Part shown: positions 1 through 11,164 of the stretch, in pieces
Numbering within the stretch: the stretch's first letter is position 1
Layout: the number at the start of each line of letters is the position of its first letter
Assembly: GCA_027923505.1 (NCBI GenBank)
Contig: BROI01000031.1
Coordinates: 186,001-250,000 of the forward strand
Length of the DNA stretch: 64,000 nucleotides
Origin: Mayamaea pseudoterrestris
Lineage: Eukaryota
Reading direction: 5' to 3'
Translations under genes and position numbers: made by a program
Notes under the pieces: generated by a model
Told to the model about the DNA's origin: nothing
Databases searched by the model: none
Seen by the model: only the letters and a program-made list of their open reading frames with translations

Positions 1-363
1 ACGGCACAAGTGTTGGGCGAGGATGCTACAGGCGAAATGTACATACAAATGTTTGGAGCCGACAAAAATGTCTTGGTACAAAGCGTTCGAGAGCACGAAC
101 TGTCGCAGCACATGCATGTCCCGGTGGCGCTTGATACATCAGATCTCATTATGAGCCCAATGCCTGGAACATTAATCAGTTACGCAGTTCAAGCTGGCGA
201 TCACGTTGAGGCTGGCCAGGAGCTCTGCATAGTGGAAGCCATGAAGATGCAAAACATCATTCGCAGTCCCAAGACGGGAAAGATTGCCTTGTGCAAAGCG
301 GATGTTGGTTCCTCGTTGAAACGCGACGAGGTTATTCTGGAATTTGACAAAGAAGTAAAGTAG
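1..363 (+). CDS. PCCA: C-terminal biotinyl domain of a biotin carboxylase, most likely propionyl-CoA carboxylase alpha (5' partial)
   Basis: SPMPG...GQELCIVEAMKMQN biotin-attachment motif at the C-terminus; frame open from the window start. Confidence 0.75.
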   Translation, partial: TAQVLGEDATGEMYIQMFGADKNVLVQSVREHELSQHMHVPVALDTSDLIMSPMPGTLISYAVQAGDHVEAGQELCIVEAMKMQNIIRSPKTGKIALCKADVGSSLKRDEVILEFDKEVK

Positions 364-616
364 GTATGTAACAAGACGATAGACATGATGCACTGTAGAT
401 CTTAAAGTTATGTAGCTTTGAAGTCGGCGGATACCCTCCTTCCGTCGCAGCAGCTTTCGCACAGCTCGCTCGCCCACGATCCAAAGTCAGTCGTCGCCAA
501 TCTCCCACGGTCCACCGGCGTGGATGACGAAGTAAACAACAACACTCTCATTGCGCATACGACGTTCATATATTTTAATAGCATATATTGCGTATACAGC
601 GTTGGGAATCCAGAAA

Positions 617-1618
617 ATGGTCAACCAGATATTTAATATGGAAGCAAGTTTGGAGGCACTCTTGCATTCAGTTTTCATTCGAATTAAACACGAATCATTC
701 GCCTCCCACGCTGTGAAGATGGTCCTCTACTTTACAAACTTTCCCATCGCTGTCTATGGTTTATTCGCATTCGACCTATTTGCTTGGTTTCACCACAGCC
801 GCTGCTTTCGTCGCATGAAACGCAATTTGCGCAATTACCTTCTACGCCGAAACGGTCTCATCGCAGAAAGCGAGCCGCACCAAAGCCCAATGTGCCACGA
901 CGCAATCAACATTTTACAACAAGTTTACACCACTTGGCTTTGCTGCAACCGTGTGCTGCAGACAGGAGGCGTTTCTCATTCTATTCTGAGCTACTGTGAC
1001 TTACGGGATGGTGTTCTGCACCGTTTGAATGCACTTGATTATGACTGGGAGCTCGATGATCCTCCATTCCCTGAGAGCCGACTTCAGGAAATGGTATACT
1101 ATATGTCGCGCTACCTTGGCGACAAGGAACTTTACCAAAGAGCCCTTGGCATCTTGATCAAAGATGCGTTGACATTGAGCACAAGCAGTCGTTTATGTGC
1201 CTTCTTTGACGCGACCATTGATGTGATCATGACCGGGAGCCTGTTACACCGAGACAAAGATACGCGTGCCGCTGTTCTATTCTTCCTGTCGGTTAGTTCG
1301 CTGGTTCTGGATTTGGACGTGCACGTTGATACTGCCAATAGACATTCAACAATCAGCGTCTAGTTTACGACTGTCGTTGATCGGATACTTACACTTCGTG
1401 GTGACGATGTGCTCATCGATGATGCACCACCTTCACGCAATTTCACTTTAGTTGAAGTGTTAGGAGTGACGGATGTACAAGCCCGGGAAGACATTATGGA
1501 AATATATCTTCAGACATTCGTGATCCGTCTTATGCTTTCCAATTTGCAGGAGCGGCGAATGCGTAACGACGTCATTGATAGACTTTCCGCCATCACGTTC
1601 ACCTTAACACTTGAGTGA
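617..1618 (+). pseudogene. Hypothetical protein, tandem paralog 1, with in-frame TAG at 1361-1363
   Basis: ORFs 551-1363 and 1409-1618 share a frame, separated only by one TAG; motifs LCCNRVLQ, EMVYYM, FDATIDVIMTGSLL are shared with the next gene. Confidence 0.55.
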
Positions 1619-1889
1619 GCATTATATAATGTTATAGTGTGGTCGGACAATACAGTGGTTTTTTACATTATTTTAGCTAACTGTAAACATGTTTACAAAT
1701 CAGTGCCCTATCGTTAATTATGCAAGTGTTTTCAATAACGCTTTGTAATTGAGAAACGGATCGCCGAAAAACGTCCACGACCGGCGAACGAAACAGTCGT
1801 CGAACCTTACTATGAACACCATTCTCTGGGGTCAAATGGCAATTCTTGCATTGTGTGTGTCATAGACGGTTTTCACCGACAAGCTGGAA

Positions 1890-2785
1890 ATGCTCTCTTT
1901 ATTTGGCGTGAGACGAATGACCTGGATGAAGTACACGACTGGGTGTGACCGATCCAGCGTGAGCTCATGCTCCTCTTTCAGCCATCCACTCGGCTCCTGG
2001 ACGATTGCAACTGCTTGCGTGCTCCTTGGCGCAGTCGCTGTGGATTACATTGGCAGCAGTGCCATTCATCGCAAGATTCATACCGTTTGCAGGCACGTTT
2101 TTCGTCGATTCACGACGGCGCCCCAGCGGGTCCAAATGCGGGATCACCTTCGATTGACCTTACTTTGCTGCCACCGCACTTTGCAGGTGGACGATGTGTC
2201 TCGCGTGATTGCCAGCTTCCACAAGGATTTGCTGCGAAACAATGTGCTGCAGCGATTGGAGACACTGCGTCATGACCTACTTGACGAAGCGGATGACGAT
2301 GAACATTCATCGTCGCTGCACTATTGCACAAGCGAGCTCGTGCACTACATGACTTTCTACGCGCGCGACGAACAAGTCTATATAGTTTGCCTGGCCATGC
2401 TAGTTTCCGTTGCGAAAAAAACTGCCGGGAGTCATCTTACAGAACTCTTTGACGCAACGATTGACACCATTGTCAAGGGTGGCTTGCTGCAACCAACCAT
2501 GGTTAATCGCAGACTCTTTGGGCAGTTTCTGTTTTATATATTGGAGAAGGAGGCTTGCACGCCGACGCACGTGTTGGATCGCTACGATCCTGCCATTGGA
2601 CTTTACAGGCGGATTGGCGCGAGGCAATTGGCTATCGCATCATGGCGCTTGGCGGAGCAAAACTCTTGTTTGGACAAATGAAACGTCTTCTCATGAAAAA
2701 ACAATGCGTTGATGCTCGCACGACAGTCTTTCGTGCGCGAGCGAAGATCATGGCGGAACTTGATTTGCGCGAGGAGTATGATTGA
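1890..2785 (+). pseudogene. Hypothetical protein, tandem paralog 2, probable frameshift near 2610-2640
   Basis: LCCHRTLQ, ELVHYM, FDATIDTIVKGGLL match paralog 1; similarity continues in another frame (YRIMALGGAKLL vs DRILTLRGDDVL; ARAKIM vs AREDIM). Confidence 0.5.
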
Positions 2786-3213
2786 CAGCACTCGGCTACT
2801 CTCTCCCGCGTTTGGACCAAGAATCGACATTTTACTGATGGGGATACAGCAAGGTGTTGCGAACATTAGTATCTAACTCATAGGTCAACCACTAGCGGTC
2901 AGCTTGCTATCGAAGGTATGTATGATTGATATAATATAGCGGCAATGCTCGATGGCGTGCCGCGTTGCCGCCTTGCCAAACAAACACGACTGCCAAGTTT
3001 GACAAGCCATGCTTGCGCGCGCGCCGAGCGTGACAACATGGCGCGGTCGGAAACGACACGACGACGTCGGCCAATGCGATGCATGCACCTTGCGCATTTG
3101 AATCCACTGCTGTCAAGCGACAAAAAGTCTCCAAGCACAAGTGAGTGAGGCGAGTGCAGCTAATCATCAATCAATCAAGCTTTCTCTATATAACATTATT
3201 ATAATAAACAGGC

Positions 3214-5826
3214 ATGAAACGAGGACGAAGCAGAAGCCGCAGCAAGGCTCGTCGTCGGGCCGCCGATGTGCAACAGCTTTTCGACAGCCATGTTCAAACT
3301 AAGAGCAGCAGCGGCAGCATGTACGATCCTCCAACGACTACTACTGCTGCTTTTCATGCTTCATTGGAGACTACTCCTGCTGTCGCTGCGACTCCAGTGA
3401 CTCCAGATCAGCAGCAGCAGCAGCAGGATTCAAGCCGCTCCATGAGCCTCTACACGTCGACTCCTTCGTCAAGGTCGGTCGACGAAAACGAGCAGCAATA
3501 TATAGACTTGGGAGTCTCGTCGTCCAACGATAATAGCAGCAATAGCAGCAATAGCAGCAACGACGACAATGACTCTAGTACCGACGCATCAAACGAGGCT
3601 CGCTACTTGGCACTGCTGCAGGCGGCGGAGCGTCCGCACGGTCCCCACTATCCAGCCTACTTGGCGCGGCAGCAACGAGACGCGGAATGTACGCTGAACG
3701 TTTCGCGCGACTATTCCTTGCCGAGTGCGGCTCCCTTTGACGAGTTGGAGCATTTGCAGTTGCGGAGTAGTAATAATGATAACCATGGCCGCTGCAGTGA
3801 GCAGCAGCAAACGCAGCAATCGCGCAAGGTGCGTTCACTCAGTCGCGCCTTTTTTGACAATGACGAACCAAATTATGTCAATAACGACAATTACAACAAT
3901 AACAATTATAGCGATGACGACGAAGAACCCTTTGACATGCTGGCGCAGGAGCAACTGTCGCTCGACCTGCATCGCCGCTTGGAGCGCAACTCGTCCGGCT
4001 CGAACCAGTCATCGCCACACAGTCACAACAATTCTCATGACAGCAGCCATAAAGAGGACGAAACAGAAACTTTACCGCAAACTCCTCTCGTGGACTTGAA
4101 CGAAACGACAGCGTCAAACGCCATTCTAAACCTATCGCCCATTCTGCGAACGCAGCAGCAGCAAGTGGTTGACTTGACGCACATGCTGGCGCTTCCGTCG
4201 CTACATCGAGTCCATGCAGGTCGCGAGAGTCTCAGTGATCATGACGACCATCAGCAATATGACAATCAGCGAAACCATTCGCCCGCTCGCTCCAATACAT
4301 CGTCGCTTTCCAATGATGCCACGTTTCATTGGCATGCTGCGGCTGAAGCAGAACTTGATGTTAAAGACATGAATGCACCGCCAGCCATTTTTACCAAGCG
4401 CTCGTCGAAAAGCAACAACACGTTTGCGACAGCCAATACGCCTAGTACGCAAGCGGATGGACCATCATTGTACGATGGATCGCCGCGATGTATCAATGAC
4501 AATGACGTGGAAGCCAATATAAACAGCGGAAGCAAGCAGCATGCACCGCCAAATGACGCATCTTGCTGCTGCAACGCAAGCCACTCGCGCGGCGTGTGGA
4601 TCATGTTTGGCATTGGCGTTTTGTTGCTGCTGACGGCCATTGCCATGGCGATTGGTTTCGTCGTGGTGGATGGACGCGACAACAACTTGCGACAAAATGA
4701 TGCAGCAGCCATGACGAGTAGCAGCAGCATGAATCATGAGGAGCTGGAAGGCGCTTCCATTGACATGCCTACCGCTAGTCCGAGTTATCTCAATCCCACT
4801 GCCTTGATGACATCCTTTCCGGCGGCTGCGCCAAGTGTTGCGGCGGCTGAGGAATTGCCTCCGGCGCCGCACGACCATGCGTTTCATTCGTCACCGCCTC
4901 TGTTAAAACCGCACCAACCAGCATCACCAGAGGCCAAGCCATTGATTATTATTGAGCCGCCGCCGGAGAACGCATCGCAGTCGCCATTTGCAATGATGCA
5001 GCGGTATGCGAGCGCGCTCCGTCCGTATACGTTTGACAATGGCACGTTGATGCAACAGCCTGGATCTGCGCAGCACCAAGCCCTCCAGTGGCTTGCATCC
5101 AATCCAGAAAATGATACTAGTTTTAACGTGGAAGCTCTGGTGCAAAAGTATGCCATGGCAACCATTTACTTTGGTACAAACAGAAACGAGTCCTGGACGA
5201 ATACGCGGGGCTGGCTGTCGAACGAGAGTGAGTGCACTTGGTGGGCACGCACGATGAACCATACCAATGACGACGACGACATACTGTCAAGTTCCGTTGT
5301 AAACTCGTGCAACAGCGACGGCCGAATTACAAAACTAAGCTTGTCGGGTAACAGTTTGCAAGGTTCACTGCCGCCAGAGATTGGCATGCTTACGTCACTC
5401 GAGCTATTGGACTTGTCGTTCAATGAGCTTGCTGGGACGCTGCCTTTACAGATCGGATACTTGACGAATCTTGAGTATGTCTTGCTGCACTCCAACAAAT
5501 TTATTGGTGATATTCCAGATTCGTGGGCCAATTTGACAAAGATGCAGTTGCTGCGAGTGGATGATAACGACTTGAGCGGCTTGCTGATTCGGCCAGCTGT
5601 TTGTAGTTCCATGTTTGGCGACAAGCCAAATTTGTATGCCGACTGCGGTGGGTCCAATCCGGAGGTGACTTGCCCCGATGGCGCTTGTTGCACGTATTGC
5701 TGCACTGATACAGATGCGCCGCAAGATGGGACCGGGCAGTCAACGACCACTGGCGAAGGGCTATTTGCGCGAGGGACATGCCAGTGCGCCTTTCGCAACA
5801 CTTCCTCGGAGAAGAACTACTGTTAG
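3214..5826 (+). CDS. Single-pass membrane leucine-rich-repeat protein (870 aa)
   Basis: Long low-complexity N-terminus, TM helix (VWIMFGIGVLLLLTAIAMAIGFVVV), N-cap (ALQWL...QKYAMATIYF...WL..ECTW), plant-type LRRs (LSGNSLQGSLPPEIGMLTSLELLDLSFNELAGTLP), Cys-rich tail. Confidence 0.9.
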   Translation: MKRGRSRSRSKARRRAADVQQLFDSHVQTKSSSGSMYDPPTTTTAAFHASLETTPAVAATPVTPDQQQQQQDSSRSMSLYTSTPSSRSVDENEQQYIDLGVSSSNDNSSNSSNSSNDDNDSSTDASNEARYLALLQAAERPHGPHYPAYLARQQRDAECTLNVSRDYSLPSAAPFDELEHLQLRSSNNDNHGRCSEQQQTQQSRKVRSLSRAFFDNDEPNYVNNDNYNNNNYSDDDEEPFDMLAQEQLSLDLHRRLERNSSGSNQSSPHSHNNSHDSSHKEDETETLPQTPLVDLNETTASNAILNLSPILRTQQQQVVDLTHMLALPSLHRVHAGRESLSDHDDHQQYDNQRNHSPARSNTSSLSNDATFHWHAAAEAELDVKDMNAPPAIFTKRSSKSNNTFATANTPSTQADGPSLYDGSPRCINDNDVEANINSGSKQHAPPNDASCCCNASHSRGVWIMFGIGVLLLLTAIAMAIGFVVVDGRDNNLRQNDAAAMTSSSSMNHEELEGASIDMPTASPSYLNPTALMTSFPAAAPSVAAAEELPPAPHDHAFHSSPPLLKPHQPASPEAKPLIIIEPPPENASQSPFAMMQRYASALRPYTFDNGTLMQQPGSAQHQALQWLASNPENDTSFNVEALVQKYAMATIYFGTNRNESWTNTRGWLSNESECTWWARTMNHTNDDDDILSSSVVNSCNSDGRITKLSLSGNSLQGSLPPEIGMLTSLELLDLSFNELAGTLPLQIGYLTNLEYVLLHSNKFIGDIPDSWANLTKMQLLRVDDNDLSGLLIRPAVCSSMFGDKPNLYADCGGSNPEVTCPDGACCTYCCTDTDAPQDGTGQSTTTGEGLFARGTCQCAFRNTSSEKNYC

Positions 5827-6026
5827 GCAAGCTTAGAGCGGTATACTTGAAGCACTAGCAAGCAAAGAAGTCCCCAATTTCTATACGAACGTCTAGCATA
5901 TACAATTAAGACTACAAATTTGCATACATCATTGTTTTGTACATAGCATCTTACGCGTCACCGACATCATTCTTTAGGAACACGGAACAATCTCCTGCCA
6001 GTGCACCACCACCTGGACTGGAGCGC

Positions 6027-7531
6027 TCATTGGATGGCTTTGACGCGTACTGAATCGTCACATGGATCCATCTCCCACTTCTTTACTATGGCTTCAAAGT
6101 GCTTGCGGTTGCTGACAAACGCCTGTGGACTTGATAAAAAGTATTTTCGAATCCAGGTGCTAGCTCGCTTGCCAATCTCCAGCAGCTCCGCCCGCAACGG
6201 AGTGTATCGAACCTCGCAGATATCCATCTTGCGCTTCTTCTTGACAGTGTGCGTCTTTTTAGCCACTTCGGAGTCGTCGGGAAGTGGTGTCTTGAGGCCC
6301 ATGAAAGCCTGCAAGTCTGCTTTGAATAACGACAAGTTTGCTGGGTCTTTGTCATACAGCTGCTCCATGTCATATAAAAAGACGGGAGTCTTGATGATAC
6401 GCATGCCGTAGTACTTTTCAGGGAGCTGTACTAGGTTCTGTTCATCGGGGTCACTCAGATTAGTCTTTCCAAACATGGCCAAGTGTGCATGAAAGTTGGC
6501 ATGCTCCAGGCATACGCCCTGCATGTCTTTGGAGCATGCTCGTCCCACCATGCTTGCCGCATCTGGCAAGTCACCGTAGCCAGCCTTGTTGTGGCGCCAT
6601 CGGAAGTTGTAGTACGACTCGAACCATCTCACTACGAGTAAGGCAAACAAATGAAAAAACCGAGGTGAGATGCCAGCGAATCCAGGTCGTTCGAACCCAT
6701 CGCATCATTTTGAATGTAATTACCTGGATGTCTCACTCCAACAATGACTTTGGCATTCGAAAAATAGTCTCGAAAGTAGCGTAAACTTGTCCTGGACAGT
6801 CGCCCTGGACATTTGAATCCACGCTGGTACGTCACGTTGGCCGCATTGGGAGGCAGCTCCGTGTGCAGCTTTCTCACCAAGTCGGCCGGTCTAAGTTCCA
6901 CAAGGTCACACACCTCATCGTTCCATATTTGCATTTCTGGATGTGTATGGAACCATTTTGCAAGGTATGAGGTTGCCGTCTTGGCATGTCCAAGTATGGC
7001 AAAGTCAAGCATTTGCCGAACGTCGCCAATAATGAGGTGCTCATCCGATGCGAATGGCGTCGGCTTGCGAGGGAATTTGTCGCTAGTAGCATTGACTGGT
7101 AAGACCAAGGATTCTAGCGGTGGAAACTCGTAGTCTCGGGTGTATGCTAGCGCATCTGCCGCCGCTGAATCTTTTGGTACAGCTCTTGTACTGCGCGACA
7201 ATGCATCAGAAGGTATCGAATGGCTACTACCAGGATTTCGCAAAGAAAAAGGTCTTTCAACTCCTGTTTTCCGTTTCTGCTTCTTGTCTTTGGACATTAC
7301 TCTGTCATCGGCAACATGAATATTAATTTTTGGATTTGTAAAGGTATCCGACGTTTTGGATGTAGTGGCAATTTCTCGCTGAATCCGTGTCGTTTGTTCA
7401 AGTCGAAAGGCTGACTGACAAAGCAAGCAAAAGCTCATGAGCGCCACCGTCAAGAGCCCATAGAATCTTTGCTGTTGCTGCAGCAAGTGTTGCGGTTGCA
7501 CCGTTGGTGACGCTGATTGCTGTGGCTTCAT
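6027..7531 (-). CDS. Type II membrane sulfotransferase-like protein, 2 exons (intron 6632-6723)
   Basis: N-terminal TM; PAPS-loop-like ILGHAKTATSYL; splicing the GT-AG intron restores the 3'PB-like motif VRHPVRWFESYYNFR. Confidence 0.75.
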
Positions 7532-8012
7532 TCTATGGCGTTGAAGGGAAACTTAAAGGAACGATTGAATGTTTCGCTCGACAGCTCGCTGTGCGCAGTG
7601 GATTCTTGACTCAAATGTTATGCTGCAACACTCGAACGCATTCAGATTGAATTGGAAGTCGACATGTGTTTCATTCGTCTGCGCGAATCTGTCGCAATGT
7701 TCCGCCATAGCTCGTTGCGGTGTCCTTGTCGAGCTACGGTAGGGAAGCTTCATGCATCGCTTCGCTGTCACGCTTTCGTCGAAGAAGATTCGCGCAAAGT
7801 ACAGCCGCCTATTTCAACCTCGTTCAAATTTTTGTGTGACCGCCGCGCGCGCCGAGCTCATTTTCTCACGAATTAGCCGTTCATCAATCGTGTCTAACCA
7901 CTGAGTGTCACACTCTTTAGATCGCTGTCGACCGCAAAATCGAGTGCAAGTCATGCGACCCAAAGTCACTCATCTAAGCTTTCCTTCATGTGAACATACA
8001 TGCGAAAGATCC

Positions 8013-9581
8013 ATGGCAAGATCGTTGTCGAGATCGCAGCAGCTTGTTATTCTGCTTCCGTTTGCGTGTTTTGGTTTTGTGCTCCATAATGATCTCAATT
8101 ACGCGACACTTGATCAGCGACGCCATTCTCGAGTTATTTCCTGCAGCAAACAGCTGCAGCTGTATAGTCAACGCGAAGATGATCTCAGAATGGTGGACGA
8201 GCTTATAGCAAAACATTGTATTGAAGTCGGGAAAGGAGTCGCTGACAGGAATGCCGACTACCTTCGCCGCGTTGATTCCCTTCACGCGTCTGATGTTTCT
8301 ACTGCCAGACAATCAATCCTCGCAATGGAAACGTTACAAACCGTCCCCTCATTAACAGCTACCAACAATTACTGTTTTGAATGGATGGATGATTCATCTA
8401 TTGCAATTCAATCGCTTGAGCCTGTACTGTCGAACGCTGCCATTCACAAGATTCGCACGGCCGCCAACACCTTGTTCCAGCTGTCGCAGTCGACCACGTC
8501 GCGGTTCACGTACCAGTTCAATACCAATGCCGAAGCCCACGTTGCGGACTTGCTGGATGCATTAGCCATTGCAGCAATCAATGACGCGCTTGCAACGAAA
8601 ATATATCCAATGGTTCGAGCAGCATTCATGAGCGAATCACCAAGGAACGATACGTCGAATGAATCGAACACTGACAACCCACTCTTCGTTTACGATGCGC
8701 TCTTTATTCGTTACAATGCAACTAGTGGCGCCACGGCTGGTCAACCGTTTCATCGTGACTTGGGACTAGTGTCGGTGAACATCATGCTGAACGAAGAGTT
8801 TGACGGCGGCGGCACTTACTTTGAGAATCAAATGCAGGAAACACCACTACAACCAAGTGGAGGCGTTGGCCATTGCATTGCCCACTACTCCAACGAGCGC
8901 CATGCTGGTGCATCCACAGTCGCGGGTATCCGCGACATTTTAGTCCTGTTTCTTTCGACGGTCAAGCCCGAGCCCGTGATTCGCAACGCCCGCTTGAAGC
9001 AGTGTCGGAGCTACTGCGAAACAACAAATAAACGCGCAGCGCTGTGGTGCCGCATTGTTCACCAGCGACTCGCCATTAGCATGTCGCCAAGCGATGGAGA
9101 AGCCTATCAGTATCTTGGCACGGCGCTCATGGAGCTGGCGAGACTTGATTGTTCTGGCTCAAGTCCAAATGACAAAGAGAGTCGTAGAATCGCTGACGGC
9201 CAAAATTATCTTCATGCCGCCATCGTGTGCTTGCAGATTGCTCGAACGCTGACGCCGAATGATGCGCGCGTGTACAATAATCTTGGCCTCGCCACAGGGC
9301 GGGCGCTAGCAGGTGAAGCATCTGCAACGCAACATGCAGTTGCCAATGTCGACGAGATTTACGAAAAATGCCTGCAATTGCTACTGCAACAATCAGAATG
9401 CGGCTGCAACGTTCAACATGACTTGTTTTCTCTTTCTCTCAACTACGGATTGCACTTGGCCAACCAGGATCGTTTCAGCGAAGCTGCCAAAGTGTTACGG
9501 CACGCTGCTTATACTTCAATCGATAGCCGCACCCGGGATGACGCCAATCGACTGCTTCAGTTCTGTTTGCGGCAGTGTTGA
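8013..9581 (+). CDS. 2OG-Fe(II) oxygenase (prolyl-hydroxylase-like) with C-terminal TPR-like repeats
   Basis: FIRY...QPFHRD...NIMLN..FDGGGTYF...HAG...RDILVLF (HxD...H...R); TPR-like PSDGEAYQYLG and PNDARVYNNLG; hydrophobic N-terminus. Start uncertain (ATG 7953 is also in frame). Confidence 0.8.
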   Translation: MARSLSRSQQLVILLPFACFGFVLHNDLNYATLDQRRHSRVISCSKQLQLYSQREDDLRMVDELIAKHCIEVGKGVADRNADYLRRVDSLHASDVSTARQSILAMETLQTVPSLTATNNYCFEWMDDSSIAIQSLEPVLSNAAIHKIRTAANTLFQLSQSTTSRFTYQFNTNAEAHVADLLDALAIAAINDALATKIYPMVRAAFMSESPRNDTSNESNTDNPLFVYDALFIRYNATSGATAGQPFHRDLGLVSVNIMLNEEFDGGGTYFENQMQETPLQPSGGVGHCIAHYSNERHAGASTVAGIRDILVLFLSTVKPEPVIRNARLKQCRSYCETTNKRAALWCRIVHQRLAISMSPSDGEAYQYLGTALMELARLDCSGSSPNDKESRRIADGQNYLHAAIVCLQIARTLTPNDARVYNNLGLATGRALAGEASATQHAVANVDEIYEKCLQLLLQQSECGCNVQHDLFSLSLNYGLHLANQDRFSEAAKVLRHAAYTSIDSRTRDDANRLLQFCLRQC

Positions 9582-9632
9582 ATGGCAACTGACTCGGCTA
9601 TGCAGCAGTGTTGAATGGCAACTGACTTGGCT
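9568..9632. repeat. 33-bp tandem duplication spanning the stop codon of the oxygenase gene
   Basis: GCAGTGTTGAATGGCAACTGACT(C/T)GGCT occurs at 9572 and 9605. Confidence 0.85.
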
Positions 9633-10099
9633 GATGTGAGACCATAATCGTTTCGCGGACGAATCGATGATATCCGCGGCGTTCTTTAGACTGTCAAAAT
9701 CAATGCCCCTTTGAAAGATATTAACAACACGCCCCAGACGTTTTTTGTTAGAAAGCAGGATTCCGACGGCAGGAGCATTGTTGTGGATCACCTACCACGA
9801 CGAAATCACCTTTCAGCGTCCGAATCATCCATGAGTAGGATGAACGTCCGTTTCTCCCAGGAATCTTTGAGAGAGAAAGCGGACAACCAAATATTTGCAT
9901 ATACATTACCACTAGAACACGGATAGGCTTGAGAGCTGTGCAGAATCTAATACTGGTACGGTAGGCAGCTACTATTTGCAAATCTTTCCCGCTCTCAACC
10001 AGTCGAGTACCGAAGCGATGAGATCGAAAAGTGCTGCGACACTCGCGTCCAACGTGTTCCATCGTCCACTTTCACCATGGCGCAGTTTCGTGTTGCACC

Positions 10100-11164
10100 A
10101 TGACGAAGACAAGAATACTACTACATTTCCTCTTTCTGACACTTTCACAATCAGTCACTTTGACTCATGGGTTCTCCATTGCAGGACTCGTTTCGTCTTG
10201 GACAGCAGCAACCGCAACAACGAGAGACTCAAATACCATTACACCTCCATCCAACGTTCGTCTCCTCATTCTTCCCGGATTCGGCAACGACTCCAACGAC
10301 TATTATCTTCCAGAACAATTGAACGGATCACTAATACATAGTTTGAAGAAGCGTGGCTGGACCGACGAGCAACTATGCGTCCTGCCGGTCCAACGAGTCG
10401 ACTGGTTGCAAGTCTTTTACAAGGGCATCTTGGATGTTAAATTTTGGCGAGGAACCATGCCTCCGACGCGACCGTCTTTTGCTTGGTACTTGGAGCGCAT
10501 TGCGCAACAAATTGAAGACTTGTGTTATAATGATAACGTCAAGGTCGTCTTACTATGCCATTCTGCTGGAGGCTGGCTTGCAAGAGCAGCCTTGGGCTTT
10601 GGCAATCCATGCTCGAACAACGAATCGGCCGAGCTGCAACGACAGCAGTCAACCACCTTTACCATCAACCTCGAAAACGTCTTGGGCATGGTCACGCTGG
10701 GCAGTCCGCATCTAGCGCCGCCGGAACACGTCATGGACATGACGAGGGGCGCCCTTGCCACGACGGACGCCAACTTTCCCGGTGCCTATCATTCCGACTT
10801 GTTCTACCTGTCCGTCATTGGCGCCGCCGTCCAAGGCGTCCAGAGGGAGCGACGTCTATTGTTGTCAACGAAGTCGACCGTTTCCAACTTTGCCTACGAC
10901 TCGTACTTCGCCGTGTGCGGCAACGGCGCCACCATGGGCGACGGCGTGGTGCCAGTGTGTGCGGCGCATTTGAATGGCGCCGCCAAGCGACTCACGCTAC
11001 CAAGCGTGTACCACAGCATCAATGCACCAAATCAGTGGTATGGGAGTGATGCGATTATTGACTTTTGGCATGCGGACATGCTTCAAGAGATTGGCAAGAA
11101 AATGAGAACGAAAAACAGTGTAGCGCAACCAGAAAATGCGCTACAACAATTGTTTAACAGGTGA
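10100..11164 (+). CDS. Alpha/beta hydrolase, PGAP1/lipase-like, with signal peptide
   Basis: ILPGFGN oxyanion loop, CHSAGGW nucleophile elbow, TLGSPH, GDGVVP and late His; signal peptide ending THG-F. Confidence 0.8.
   Translation: MTKTRILLHFLFLTLSQSVTLTHGFSIAGLVSSWTAATATTRDSNTITPPSNVRLLILPGFGNDSNDYYLPEQLNGSLIHSLKKRGWTDEQLCVLPVQRVDWLQVFYKGILDVKFWRGTMPPTRPSFAWYLERIAQQIEDLCYNDNVKVVLLCHSAGGWLARAALGFGNPCSNNESAELQRQQSTTFTINLENVLGMVTLGSPHLAPPEHVMDMTRGALATTDANFPGAYHSDLFYLSVIGAAVQGVQRERRLLLSTKSTVSNFAYDSYFAVCGNGATMGDGVVPVCAAHLNGAAKRLTLPSVYHSINAPNQWYGSDAIIDFWHADMLQEIGKKMRTKNSVAQPENALQQLFNR

Noticed and set aside
9568..9632. CRISPR-like repeat
   Set aside because: Two adjacent copies, no spacers, no cas genes, eukaryotic context.
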